The position numbers and the translations under genes are program-made. From sequence record SRR22947725_567: DNA of 38,849 nucleotides; one strand, written 5' to 3'. The notes under the pieces are model-generated. The model did no database searches, was not told the DNA's origin, and saw only the letters and a program-made list of their open reading frames with translations. Positions 20,521 to 33,499 of the stretch are shown piece by piece. How positions within the stretch are numbered: the stretch's first letter is position 1; each line of letters starts with the position of its first letter.

Positions 20521-20943
20521 CTAGATTCGCCTAGAATAAATAATAGATTTTCTTAGGTCATCATAACTCTTTTGTCTTGAATCAGGAAGAAAACTTAATT
20601 CACTCTCAACAAACTCAAACCTAAAGAAGAATCTGCCGCCATACTTAGAGAGCGCAAAAATTGAACTTAGATTTAACTTAGAAGCTTTATCAATTAATAA
20701 CTGCATTAATCTTGTTGATGTATCTGTATTGTGAAAACTCTTATTCACAACAAGTGCATATATTTCGCCAACGTTCTCATCTTGATATAGTTTTAGACCA
20801 GCACAGGCAATAATTTGATTATCTTTCTCTATGCAAACAAAGTCATCAATACAACTGTCAATGGTTTCATAGCTTCTTTCTAATAACCTACCTTCTTCAA
20901 CAAAAGGTTGCATTAATTCGATAATTTGCCTTGCTTTACTCAA
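20521..20943 (-). CDS. Stand-alone GNAT resembling the C-terminal acetyltransferase domain of N-acetylglutamate synthase ArgA
   Basis: IIELMQPF.EEGRLLERS, IIACAGL, GEIYALVV, LPDSRQKSY...RKS; TTG start, in-frame stop 4 codons upstream. Confidence 0.75.
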   Translation of the reverse strand: MSKARQIIELMQPFVEEGRLLERSYETIDSCIDDFVCIEKDNQIIACAGLKLYQDENVGEIYALVVNKSFHNTDTSTRLMQLLIDKASKLNLSSIFALSKYGGRFFFRFEFVESELSFLPDSRQKSYDDLRKSIIYSRRI

Positions 20944-21017
20944 CTTGAAGCCTTAATTGCTATTAGAAGCGGGTTATTTTAGTCTAAAATTTGTATTTTT
21001 TTGATAATTTAAAAGCA

Positions 21018-22682
21018 ATGTCAAACACTAGAAAATATTCCTCAGTTGTAATTGATGGTTATGAGAGAGCTGCATCCAGAGCAATGCTTTACCCTGTTGG
21101 CTTTAAAAAAGAAGATTTTAAAAAGCCACAAGTTGGAATTGCATCAACCTGGTCAATGGTTACGCCATGCAATATGCATATCAATGATTTAGCTAGCGAA
21201 GCCGAAAAAGGCGTAAATAGTGCTGGAGGAAAAGCTGTTGTTTTCAATACAATCACTATTTCAGATGGAATCTCAATGGGGTCAGAAGGCATGAAATATT
21301 CACTTGTTTCTAGAGAGGTGATTGCTGATTCAATTGAAACAGTAACTGCCTGTCAAGGGTTTGATGGGGTTGTTGCAATTGGTGGATGTGATAAAAATAT
21401 GCCTGGATGCGTCATGGGGCTTGCTAGACTGAACCGCCCCTCTGTTTTTGTTTATGGCGGAACCATTCAGCCTGGGGCTAATCACACTGATATTGTGAGT
21501 GTTTTTGAGGCTGTTGGTAAAAGAGCGAATAATGATATTAATGATATAGAACTTGAACAGATTGAGTCCACTGCCATTCCTGGCCCAGGCTCATGTGGCG
21601 GAATGTATACAGCCAATACTATGGCCTCTGCAATAGAGGCACTTGGAATGAGTCTACCAAATTCGTCCTCTCAGGATGCAATATCTGATGACAAAAATAC
21701 AGATTGCTCTAGGGCTGGTGAGGCTGTATTAAACCTATTAGAGAAAGATATAAAGCCGAGTGACATTATGACCAAGAAAGCCTTTGAAAACGCCATCACT
21801 CTGATTATTACACTTGGTGGATCAACGAATGCTGTGCTCCATTTAATCGCCATGGCGGATGCTATTAATGTTGACCTTACCATCGATGATTTTACGCGAA
21901 TTGGTGCCAATGTCCCTGTTCTAGCAGATCTTAAGCCATCGGGCAAATACATGATGAGTGAACTGGTTCAAATTGGCGGAACATTGCCGTTAATGAAAAT
22001 GCTTTTAGACGCGGGTATGCTTCATGGAGAATGCATGACAGTAACTGGTAAAAGTTTAGCTGAAAACTTACAGAATGTTCAGCCGTATGATGCTGACCAA
22101 GAAATTATTATGCCTTTAGATAAACCCATCAAAAAGGATTCTCACTTAAGAATTCTAAGAGGCAATCTTGCAACTGAAGGTGCTGTTGCTAAAATCACTG
22201 GCAAAGAAGGTTTAACTTTTAGAGGTAATGCTAAAACATTTGGATGTGAGGAGGACGCCCTTCAAGCTGTCCTGAAAGATCAAATTGTTGAAGGTGATGT
22301 TATTGTTATTCGATACGAGGGGCCTAAAGGAGGTCCAGGCATGAGAGAAATGTTAGCTCCTACTTCAGCTGTTATGGGGAAAGGTCTCGGCGGAAAAGTT
22401 GCGCTCATTACTGATGGAAGATTTTCAGGGGGAACTCACGGATTTGTAGTTGGACATATTACACCTGAGGCATACACAGGTGGAACTCTTGCTATTATTG
22501 AGGATGGCGATGAAATTCTAATTGATGCTGAAAATAATCGTCTTGAACTCATCGTGGATGAGTCCATTATCAAACAAAGACTTTCAAATTGGAAGCAGCC
22601 CAAACCAAGGTACACAAAAGGTGTTCTTGCTAAATATGCAAAGCTTGCTCAATCGGCTTCTCGAGGCGCAATAACTGAATAA
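21018..22682 (+). CDS. ilvD: Dihydroxy-acid dehydratase (PCNMH, [2Fe-2S]-type motif)
   Basis: [43 protein letters not shown]. Start taken as ATG 21018. Confidence 0.97.
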   Translation: MSNTRKYSSVVIDGYERAASRAMLYPVGFKKEDFKKPQVGIASTWSMVTPCNMHINDLASEAEKGVNSAGGKAVVFNTITISDGISMGSEGMKYSLVSREVIADSIETVTACQGFDGVVAIGGCDKNMPGCVMGLARLNRPSVFVYGGTIQPGANHTDIVSVFEAVGKRANNDINDIELEQIESTAIPGPGSCGGMYTANTMASAIEALGMSLPNSSSQDAISDDKNTDCSRAGEAVLNLLEKDIKPSDIMTKKAFENAITLIITLGGSTNAVLHLIAMADAINVDLTIDDFTRIGANVPVLADLKPSGKYMMSELVQIGGTLPLMKMLLDAGMLHGECMTVTGKSLAENLQNVQPYDADQEIIMPLDKPIKKDSHLRILRGNLATEGAVAKITGKEGLTFRGNAKTFGCEEDALQAVLKDQIVEGDVIVIRYEGPKGGPGMREMLAPTSAVMGKGLGGKVALITDGRFSGGTHGFVVGHITPEAYTGGTLAIIEDGDEILIDAENNRLELIVDESIIKQRLSNWKQPKPRYTKGVLAKYAKLAQSASRGAITE

Positions 22683-22694
22683 CTTTGAAAATGA

Positions 22695-24809
22695 TTAATG
22701 AACTGGAACGAATTCAATCTTCCTATCATCAAGATTGACTGAGGCCACCTTCACTTTTATCGTGTCCCCCAAACGATAAATTTTTCCGCCTCTTTGGCCC
22801 TTGAGTTGATGATGAACGTCGTCAAAGTTAAAGTAGTCTTCTTTTAAATCGCGAACACTCACTAAACCCTCAACAAAAATATCTGAAAGCTCTACAAATA
22901 GTCCAAATCCAGCAACACCTGAAATGACGCCGCTAAAGCTGTCTCCCACTTTATCTCTCATATATTCACACTTAAGCCACTGCTCAACGTCACGTGAAGC
23001 ATCATCTGCCCTTCTCTCAGTCATCGAAAGATGAGTACCCATTTCAGCCATTCTTTGAGATTGCTCGCGTTTTTTATTTGATAGAGACCTTTTAATAGCT
23101 CTGTGAACTAGAAGATCTGGGTAGCGACGAATTGGCGATGTGAAATGAGCATAATCTTCAAAAGCTAAACCAAAATGACCTTCGTTCTTGGGGGTATAGG
23201 TTGCCTGTTTCATGGTTCTTAAGACGACAGTTTTAATAATATTCTCGTCTTCTCTGCCTATCGCCTTTTTAAGTAATTTGGCAAAGTCACTGGTGTCTGG
23301 CTCAAGCCCTCCATCCAGCCTAAGATCAATTGCAGTTAAAAATTGCCTAGTAATTTCTACCTTTTCAGGGGTTGGCTTTGGGTGAACGCGATACAAAAAA
23401 TCTTCATTTTCACTTTGAAGATATTTGGCAGCTGCCTGATTAGCCATCAACATACATTCTTCAATTAACTTGTGGGCATCATTCCTTTTGCGGGCAACAA
23501 TGTTTTCAATTTTTCCTTTGTCATCAAATAGAATTTGGCTTTCAATTCTATCAAAATCCATGACACCTCTTTTTTGCCTTGAAATCCTGAGGGTTTGGTA
23601 AAGTCCATACAAATAGTCCACATTTTCTTTAATTCTGCTGTATTTCTTTCTGAGCGGACTCTCCTTATTCTCTAGCATCTCATTAACCTCTGTATAGGTT
23701 AAACGGGCATGGGATAGCATGACTGCTGGGTAAAACTTATAATTCAAAAGTGATCCTAAGGAATCAATCTCCATTTCACAGGCCATACATAGCCTTTCGA
23801 CTTTTGGGTTAAGAGAGCATAGTCCATTAGAGATCGCCTCAGGCAGCATAGGGACAACCCTGTGGGGGAAATAAACAGAGTTTCCTCTCTCTAAAGACTC
23901 GCTATCAAGCTCAGTACCTTCTTTAACATAATGAGATACATCTGCGATAGCAACAATTAATTTCCATCCATTCTCTGATGGAATCGCATAAACAGCGTCA
24001 TCAAAGTCTCTTGAATCTTCGCCATCAATTGTGACCAGCTCTAAATTTGTAATATCAACTCGATTTTTTTTATCCTTTGGCATTACTTTAGTTGGAAGAT
24101 TTGCTGACTCTTGTAGGGCTTTTTCTCCAAAAGTAGATGGAATTTGGTGGCGATGAATAGCAGAGTCAACCTCGACACCTTCATCTAAATAATTTCCAAG
24201 GATTGAAGTCACTTTTCCTGTGGCATTTTTTTCGAGGGTTGGAGAGGTTAATACTTCTATCACAACGACTTGGTTATCTTTACATCCCTCTAAAAGCTTC
24301 ACAATCTGTATTTCGTGTTTGATGCGCTTATCATCGACAATAACATAACTTCTTTGATGATCAATATGAAGTCTTCCAACGAGTGTACTAACCGTCTCTG
24401 TAACTTCAACAATTTCTGCATCGAGTTTTCGATTGAGAAGACGCACCTTGACCTTGTCCCCATGAAATGCCAACTTCATTTGTTGACTTGAAAGCCTCAA
24501 ATCTTTGCCCCCTTTGTCCAATGCGACAAAACCAAATCCCTTAGGGTTAGCTATGACGGTTCCAGATAGAAGGCCTCTGTTAGAAAAAGGGCGATAAACG
24601 CCACTTTTGTTGCAACTTAACTGTTTGTCCCTGACCATTGCCCTTAATCGTCTTTCAAAGGCTTTTTTTTGGTCATCCTCAAGAGACAGGAGTTCAAAAA
24701 GCTGACGTTTACTTTTGGGTTTTTCTTGAATAAAACTTAAAATATGTTCTCGAGATGGAATCGGGCTTTCATATTTTTCCGCTTCACGATGATAGTGAGG
24801 GTCTGACAT
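22695..24809 (-). CDS. rnr: Ribonuclease R
   Basis: YESPIPSRE N-terminus, cold-shock domain GFGF, TIDGEDSRDFDDA, HFTSPIRRYPDL, C-terminal S1. Confidence 0.96.
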   Translation of the reverse strand: MSDPHYHREAEKYESPIPSREHILSFIQEKPKSKRQLFELLSLEDDQKKAFERRLRAMVRDKQLSCNKSGVYRPFSNRGLLSGTVIANPKGFGFVALDKGGKDLRLSSQQMKLAFHGDKVKVRLLNRKLDAEIVEVTETVSTLVGRLHIDHQRSYVIVDDKRIKHEIQIVKLLEGCKDNQVVVIEVLTSPTLEKNATGKVTSILGNYLDEGVEVDSAIHRHQIPSTFGEKALQESANLPTKVMPKDKKNRVDITNLELVTIDGEDSRDFDDAVYAIPSENGWKLIVAIADVSHYVKEGTELDSESLERGNSVYFPHRVVPMLPEAISNGLCSLNPKVERLCMACEMEIDSLGSLLNYKFYPAVMLSHARLTYTEVNEMLENKESPLRKKYSRIKENVDYLYGLYQTLRISRQKRGVMDFDRIESQILFDDKGKIENIVARKRNDAHKLIEECMLMANQAAAKYLQSENEDFLYRVHPKPTPEKVEITRQFLTAIDLRLDGGLEPDTSDFAKLLKKAIGREDENIIKTVVLRTMKQATYTPKNEGHFGLAFEDYAHFTSPIRRYPDLLVHRAIKRSLSNKKREQSQRMAEMGTHLSMTERRADDASRDVEQWLKCEYMRDKVGDSFSGVISGVAGFGLFVELSDIFVEGLVSVRDLKEDYFNFDDVHHQLKGQRGGKIYRLGDTIKVKVASVNLDDRKIEFVPVH

Positions 24810-24848
24810 AATGTGCTAAGTATAAAGCAAGCTTAGGATATTTGAAGA

Positions 24849-27294
<2,446 letters not shown>

Positions 27295-27302
27295 AGCCCG
27301 AA

Positions 27303-28160
27303 TTATTTAGATGGGTTGAAGTAACGGAAGAACTCAGAATCTGGATTAAGAACAAGGATATCTCCCTGATCACTAAACGATTTCTTATAAGACTCAAGTG
27401 AGCGATAGAAAGAGTAGAAATCCACATCTTGGCTATATGCCTCTGCATAATTACTCGCAGAGATAGCATCACCCTCACCACGAATCTTTTCAGAGTCACG
27501 ATAAGCGTTGGCTAAGATGATTGTTCTTTCCTTGTCTGATAAGGCTTGAATTTTTTCAGCCTCCTCAGCGCCCTCTGAACGGAATTTATTAGCAATACTT
27601 TTTCTTTCTGTCTCCATTCGACTATAGACCGAGTTTCTAACTTCCTGAGCAAGCTCAATTCGTTTAATACGAACGTCTATAACTTCAATACCAAATTCAT
27701 CTTCAGCGATCGTTTTAAGCTTTGTTTTTACAGTTGCCATAATAGCTTCACGCTCGTCTGAGACTACCTCAATAATAGTTCGCTTTGAAAACTCAGTTCT
27801 TAGTGCATCCTGGTTGTTTTGAGCAAGCCTTAGGTTTGCTGAAGCCATTGCACCACCCGTTGAAATATAAAACTTCTCCGTATCTACAATACGCCATTTC
27901 ACATAAGAATCCACAACAACATTTTTCTTTTCAACTGTTAAGAATGATTCTGCTGCGGAATCTAGAGTTTGAATACGCTTATCAAACGAGACAACATTGT
28001 TGACAAAAGGAGTCTTAAACTTTAGTCCAGGTTTATTTTCAACAGAAACAATTTCACCCAGCCTCAATTTAATTGCTACTTGAGTTTCATTAACCGTGTA
28101 AAGACTCGATGAAAGAAGAATCACTAATAATGCAATTACTACAATAATTAATTTTTTCAT
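27303..28160 (-). CDS. hflC: FtsH modulator HflC
   Basis: N-terminal TM, SPFH domain, DVRIKRIEL, FYSFYRSLESY, PDSEFFRY. Confidence 0.96.
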   Translation of the reverse strand: MKKLIIVVIALLVILLSSSLYTVNETQVAIKLRLGEIVSVENKPGLKFKTPFVNNVVSFDKRIQTLDSAAESFLTVEKKNVVVDSYVKWRIVDTEKFYISTGGAMASANLRLAQNNQDALRTEFSKRTIIEVVSDEREAIMATVKTKLKTIAEDEFGIEVIDVRIKRIELAQEVRNSVYSRMETERKSIANKFRSEGAEEAEKIQALSDKERTIILANAYRDSEKIRGEGDAISASNYAEAYSQDVDFYSFYRSLESYKKSFSDQGDILVLNPDSEFFRYFNPSK

Positions 28161-29302
28161 TATCTATTCTCCCTTGAACGTAAAACACCTTGATCATTTG
28201 AGCTTCCAGATGGTGTTTGCTGGAAAGAATTACCTGAAGAAGAAGATTTAGGTGTTCTTGACGAGTTAATAAGTTGATCAATTGGCAAATACATCATTGA
28301 ATTTGAACTAGAATCAACAATCACTTTATTTGTAGAACTGAAGACATCTTCAAGCGTCTCTCTATATAAACGCTCTCTAGTAACATCAGGAGCTTTCGTA
28401 TATTCAGTGAGTATTTGGTTGAATCGATAAGCCTCACCTTCAGACTTTGAGACCACTTCAGACTTATAAGCCTCTGCCTCTGCAAGAAGTCTTTGGCTAG
28501 CACCACGAGCCTTTGGTACAATATCATTGGCATAAGCTCTCGCTTCGTTTATGTATCTCTGCTCATCTTCCCTTGCCTTTACAACATCATCAAATGCTGC
28601 CTTAAGTTGAATCGGAGGCTGAGCATCCTGCATAGTAACAGCAGTAATCATAAGCCCAGTATTGTATTCATTTAACAGTGCTTGTGAAGCAACTTTAACT
28701 TCTTGAGCAACCTGCTCTCGACCAGTTGTTAAAACATAATCCATTGTATTGTCACCAACAACCTGCCTAATAACACTTTGAACCACATGACTAAGTGTCA
28801 ATTCAGGTTGAAATACATTAAATAAAAATGCCTGAGCATCTGCAACCTTGTATTGGACCGCCAACTTAACATCAACCATATTTTCATCTTTGGTAAGCAT
28901 GAGAGATTCAGAGCTCACGCCGCCACCGTATGAATTTTGAACATTTCTAAAGCCAATTTCTGCAGAACGAATCTGTTCAACATTTATCTTATATACTGAC
29001 TCAACTGGATATGGAATGTGCCAGTGAGGTCCCTGCGTAGCTGAAGTCTGAAAGGCACCAAAACGCAATACAACTCCTCTCTCAGCAGGATCAACAATAT
29101 AAATTCCTGTTGCCATCCAAACTATGAATGCAAGAATTATGATGTACTTAAAACTTCCTTTTGCGGCTTTGCTTGCACCAGAGTTACCTGATGAACTCCC
29201 TGAAGACTTTCCACCAAAAGCATTATTAAATTTATTCTTAAAATCTTTAATAACCTCATCAAGCTCAGGAGGAGTTTGATTATTGTTATCATTCCAAGCC
29301 AT
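28160..29302 (-). CDS. hflK: FtsH modulator HflK
   Basis: MAWN start behind AAGGAG SD, PPELDE, MLTKDEN, AFDDV, APDVTRERLY. Confidence 0.96.
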   Translation of the reverse strand: MAWNDNNNQTPPELDEVIKDFKNKFNNAFGGKSSGSSSGNSGASKAAKGSFKYIIILAFIVWMATGIYIVDPAERGVVLRFGAFQTSATQGPHWHIPYPVESVYKINVEQIRSAEIGFRNVQNSYGGGVSSESLMLTKDENMVDVKLAVQYKVADAQAFLFNVFQPELTLSHVVQSVIRQVVGDNTMDYVLTTGREQVAQEVKVASQALLNEYNTGLMITAVTMQDAQPPIQLKAAFDDVVKAREDEQRYINEARAYANDIVPKARGASQRLLAEAEAYKSEVVSKSEGEAYRFNQILTEYTKAPDVTRERLYRETLEDVFSSTNKVIVDSSSNSMMYLPIDQLINSSRTPKSSSSGNSFQQTPSGSSNDQGVLRSRENR

Positions 29303-29562
29303 TGAGGCTCCTTTTTTATTATTATTCACGCAGTTTCCTTAAATAATTTAAGTTAATGTAGAGGTATGGTCAAAATTGAAAAAAACAAGTGTATCCATTT
29401 GCTAAATAAAAAAATTAAATTTTCTCATCAATTTAAAAAATTTATTTTACCTAATAAAGGTTTCAAAAAGTTTGATTTAGATAGCAATAAAGTTTGAAAA
29501 TCTGGGGCATTTTTAAATTATATATAATGATAAAATATGATTTTTATATTGACACTAACTTT

Positions 29563-31815
29563 ATGAAGAAGTTTTTAATTTTTGTTATTTTAATGTTAGT
29601 TCATTTTTCCATAAATGCTGAAGGAGTAGATCTAAACTGCTCCGCCACTCGCCCACTCTGCGTTAATTGTCCCGAATACCAAACACTTTTCCCTCTAGAA
29701 CAGTTTTCTGAAAATACAGGTTCGCTTGATATTGAAGCCGATGAGAGTCAAATTCTTGAAGAAAAATATCTTCTATCTGGAAGTGTAGAAGTTAATTCAG
29801 AGAGTTTGTTTTTATCTGCTAATGACGTTGAAATTTCATCTTCTGACAGTTCGATCTTGGCAACTGATAATGTCAAGTTCCAAGATGAGTCCTATCTTAT
29901 AACCAGTGACTACCTCTCCGCTGAAAGAGAAGATGAGAGTCTTATTGCCACTGCAACAAATGCATACTACCAAGATTATTCAGCAGGCCTTGGAGGTGCA
30001 AACGGCTATACAGAGGTTATTGAAAAAACACCATCAAGTGTTTTACTTACGAATTCAACTTACAGTCTTTGTCCAATTGATCAAAATGATTGGCAAATTG
30101 ATGCAGCACAAATTGAATTGAATCTTAAAAAAAACAGAGGTCTTGCTGACAATGCAACGTTAAAGTTTTATGGAGTCCCAATATTCTACACGCCCAAATA
30201 TAGCTGGGTTCTTTCTGGCAGAGGCTCAGGCTTTTTAACTCCAAATTACTACACATATAATGAATCTGGTCAAAAGGATGATGAGTACAGTGTCCGAGTA
30301 CCCTACTATTTTAATTTAGCGCCTGATCGTGATTTATTAGTTGCTGCAACTTATATGTCTAGCAGAAGAATTATCTTCGAAGGCAAATACCGACAATTGA
30401 TTTCACCTAAAATTTCTGAAGATCATGAAGACTCTTCATACTCAATTGAAACGAAATATCTACCCGAAGATAAAATCACAGGTTTAAAAAGATGGCTTTT
30501 AAATTTTTCTGAGGAACTTGACTTATCTGACAAAATTCATCTAAGTGTTCAATACAATCGTGTATCGGATGTAAAGTATTTTGAAGAAATTGAAAGAGGT
30601 AATACCGACGCCGAATCATTAAAGTCTTCAATTAAATATTCTTATGAGGATAAGGATAATAATCTTTCATTATCAGTTTTAACTGAGGATGAGCAATTAG
30701 TTAATGCTGGAACTCCAGTATATACAAAAGCTTTAGAAGGATCATTCTCTAAAACACTTAATGCAGATCAAAAAATGCCTATACAGGTTGATCTAGTTAG
30801 TACTCGTTTTGCTCATGACACAGCGACTAAAGAATCAGGAACAAGAACTCATGGAAATCTTGGGATCTCAAGAGAACTCAATATTAATTACCCTAGAGTA
30901 ACACCCAGGGCCAGTGTAGCTATAACTAATTATTCCTTAAAGAATAGCCCAAATATAAACAGAACTATTTTAGGCTCAGGATTAGATGTTGACTTTACTA
31001 TTAATAATGGAACTAATCTTTTTGGTTATGAGGTTAATCATCAAATTAGTCCAATAATCTCCTACAACTACAGAGCGAAAAAAGTTCAAGGAAATATTCC
31101 TTTATTTGATAGTACTGATAAATATGATGACATTATTAGTTTTGCTGATCTTACTTCAGGTGAGAGGTACACTGGCCTTGATAGAATAACTAATGCAAAC
31201 GACATTACATTGAGTCTTGAGTCAACCTATAGAGAAATTGATGCCACTGAAGATGATAAAGCCAAATTAAGCATGAAAATTGCTCAAACCTTCTATACCG
31301 ATGATGAGGTCGTAAGTGATTCAGCAAATACGAACTATGAAACTAGAAAATCATACTCAGACATAGCCGCTTCAATTGACATGTCGCTAAATAAATTTGC
31401 TCTTAGTTCAGCTTTTCAGTTCAATCCTGATAAATCCAAAATGGTTAAGAAAGAAAATACATTTAGCTACAACCCATCATCAAGAAAATTTATTTCATTG
31501 AGTTTTATTGATGAAGGCACAAAAGAAACAGAAAAATTTTATGGAGCTTATCCAATTACTGATTCAGTGCATATATTTGGAGGTTTAGACAAAGTAACAT
31601 CTACAGGTATTACTAATGCAGAAACCGCTGGAATTGCATATGAATCCTGTTGTTGGGCGCTTAGACTGGCACACTTTAAAGAAGACACTTCATCAGACAA
31701 GTACAATTACAGTACTCGTATGGAATTAGTATTTAATGGGCTTGGTTCAACTGCAACATCCCTAAAGAAAAAGATTGAAAGAAAAATTCCTGGTTATAAA
31801 GCAAACCTAAGATAG
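29563..31815 (+). CDS. lptD: LPS assembly protein LptD
   Basis: Signal peptide from ATG 29563, YSLCP, SGFLTP, PYYFNLAPDRD, GLDRITNAN, YESCCW; upstream of surA. Confidence 0.92.
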   Translation: MKKFLIFVILMLVHFSINAEGVDLNCSATRPLCVNCPEYQTLFPLEQFSENTGSLDIEADESQILEEKYLLSGSVEVNSESLFLSANDVEISSSDSSILATDNVKFQDESYLITSDYLSAEREDESLIATATNAYYQDYSAGLGGANGYTEVIEKTPSSVLLTNSTYSLCPIDQNDWQIDAAQIELNLKKNRGLADNATLKFYGVPIFYTPKYSWVLSGRGSGFLTPNYYTYNESGQKDDEYSVRVPYYFNLAPDRDLLVAATYMSSRRIIFEGKYRQLISPKISEDHEDSSYSIETKYLPEDKITGLKRWLLNFSEELDLSDKIHLSVQYNRVSDVKYFEEIERGNTDAESLKSSIKYSYEDKDNNLSLSVLTEDEQLVNAGTPVYTKALEGSFSKTLNADQKMPIQVDLVSTRFAHDTATKESGTRTHGNLGISRELNINYPRVTPRASVAITNYSLKNSPNINRTILGSGLDVDFTINNGTNLFGYEVNHQISPIISYNYRAKKVQGNIPLFDSTDKYDDIISFADLTSGERYTGLDRITNANDITLSLESTYREIDATEDDKAKLSMKIAQTFYTDDEVVSDSANTNYETRKSYSDIAASIDMSLNKFALSSAFQFNPDKSKMVKKENTFSYNPSSRKFISLSFIDEGTKETEKFYGAYPITDSVHIFGGLDKVTSTGITNAETAGIAYESCCWALRLAHFKEDTSSDKYNYSTRMELVFNGLGSTATSLKKKIERKIPGYKANLR

Positions 31816-32693
31816 TGAAACAAATCTTTGTTCTTTTTCTTGTATTTTTTACAGGTAGTATCTGTGCAGATAACTCAATAGTTGCAATAGTCAATAAAAT
31901 TCCTATTACCTTAAATTCAACCCAAATTAATTTATTAGAGGTTAATACAAAGGATGAACAAATACTGATTATCAATAATTCTATTGATAATATTCTGCAA
32001 TTACAAAAAGCTACTGAACTAGATTTAACTCCAACTAAAAGAAATATAGAAAATGTATTAAATGATATTGCTCAAAGTAATAATCTTTCTTTAAAAGAGT
32101 TAATGAATTTTGAAGATTTTTATTTAACTGAGAAAGAAGTTTTCGAAAAATTATCAATTTTAAATTTACAAAGGTTTATCACTAAGGATTTAATGGTTTC
32201 TGAAGAGCAAATTCTTACGATGTGCTCAGATAAAAACTCAATTAAAGATGAAAAACAAATTAAGATTGCTCAAATAATTATTTCTGAAATAGATTCTCAA
32301 TTAAGTGACTTAGACAAAAAAAATATATTGATAAAAGATTTTTTGAATAAGCTTGCAAGTCATATCAAAAAAGGAGCTTCATTTGAAGTCTTTGCAAAAC
32401 TTCACTCACAGCATCCAAGCTATCATAATGGTGGCATTACAAACTGGCTGTCAGTTAAGGGTCCAATACTAGAAATGCTAGATTCACTTGGTAATAAAGA
32501 AGTTTCAGAAATTTATATGACTGATTTTGGACATGCAATAGCAATAAAAGTTGATGAACGTTTTATTAGTAGTAAACTTAAAGAATGTAAAGAAAGAGTA
32601 ATCTATGAGTATGCTGAGATGTATTATTCAGTTTGGCTAACAAACCTCAGAGAAGAAGCCAATATAGAAATTTATTATGACAAATTACTTTAA
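31815..32693 (+). CDS. surA: SurA-like periplasmic chaperone, shortened (single parvulin domain)
   Basis: SIVAIVN N-domain, SFEVFAKLHSQHPS..NGG parvulin motif, WLTNLREEANIEI C-terminal helix; follows lptD. Confidence 0.8.
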   Translation: MKQIFVLFLVFFTGSICADNSIVAIVNKIPITLNSTQINLLEVNTKDEQILIINNSIDNILQLQKATELDLTPTKRNIENVLNDIAQSNNLSLKELMNFEDFYLTEKEVFEKLSILNLQRFITKDLMVSEEQILTMCSDKNSIKDEKQIKIAQIIISEIDSQLSDLDKKNILIKDFLNKLASHIKKGASFEVFAKLHSQHPSYHNGGITNWLSVKGPILEMLDSLGNKEVSEIYMTDFGHAIAIKVDERFISSKLKECKERVIYEYAEMYYSVWLTNLREEANIEIYYDKLL

Positions 32694-32705
32694 GATTTAA
32701 TTTTA

Positions 32706-33452
32706 ATGTCCAAATCTATTAATTTATTTGGCTTTCATAGTATTGAAGGCCTTCTTATAACTAATCCTGAATCGATTATCAAGGTTTCGATTCAAAGTAA
32801 TAGGAAGGATAAAAGAGCTGCAGAATTAATAAAAATACTAGCAAGAGAAAAAATACCATACTTATCTTCTGATAGAAATGAATTAGATCGAATTGCGAAG
32901 GGTGAGGTTCATCAGGGAGTCATTTCTGAGGTAATACTTCCTCCACTTCTAAATGAAGAATCACTATTTAAATCAATTAGTGAGAACTCGTCAAAACCAT
33001 TACTATTAGTATTAGATTCAATCCAAGACCCCAGAAACCTTGGAGCTTGCCTTAGAAGTGCTAATGCTGCTGGTGTTAATTATGTGGTCATTAATAAAGA
33101 TGGATCAGCGCCAATAAACGCTTTAGTTCATAAAACCTCAGCTGGAGCTATAAATAGCCTTAAAATTTTTCATGTCACAAACCTATCAAGAACAATTATA
33201 GAGATCCAAAAAAGAGGCATATGGGTTATTGGATTAGATGGTAATTCAAAATCAACTATTTATGATGTAAACTTAACTGACGCAACTGCGATAGTAATGG
33301 GTGCAGAAGGCAAAGGAATAAGAAGATTAATAAAAGAAACCTGTGATCAAATTGTTACTATACCTATGTCAGGAAATGTTGAAAGTCTTAATGTATCTGT
33401 TGCCACTGGTATTGCTCTTTTCGAGAGCAAAAGACAAAGAGAAAGCACTTAA
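32706..33452 (+). CDS. rlmB: 23S rRNA Gm2251 2'-O-methyltransferase
   Basis: HQGV, LDSIQDPRNLGACLRSA, MGAEGKG, ESLNVSVA. Confidence 0.95.
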   Translation: MSKSINLFGFHSIEGLLITNPESIIKVSIQSNRKDKRAAELIKILAREKIPYLSSDRNELDRIAKGEVHQGVISEVILPPLLNEESLFKSISENSSKPLLLVLDSIQDPRNLGACLRSANAAGVNYVVINKDGSAPINALVHKTSAGAINSLKIFHVTNLSRTIIEIQKRGIWVIGLDGNSKSTIYDVNLTDATAIVMGAEGKGIRRLIKETCDQIVTIPMSGNVESLNVSVATGIALFESKRQREST

Positions 33453-33477
33453 CATACATAAAACTTTTGGGTATAAT
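33449..33477 (+). promoter_or_regulatory. Sigma70-type promoter of yceD-rpmF-plsX-fabH
   Basis: TTAACA (33449-33454), 17-bp spacer, TATAAT (33472-33477). Confidence 0.65.
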
Positions 33478-33499
33478 TTTCGGCTTTAGAAATTAGATA

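Noticed and set aside
29348..29398. 16-aa minus-strand ORF (MDTLVFFNFDHTSTLT) upstream of hflK
   Set aside because: No SD, no associated structure, no resemblance to hfq/hflX; expected by chance.
29494..33452. Lower-GC lptD-surA-rlmB stretch as a horizontally acquired island
   Set aside because: Core genes in the usual lptD-surA order with no mobility signals; AT drift in fast-evolving genes is sufficient.
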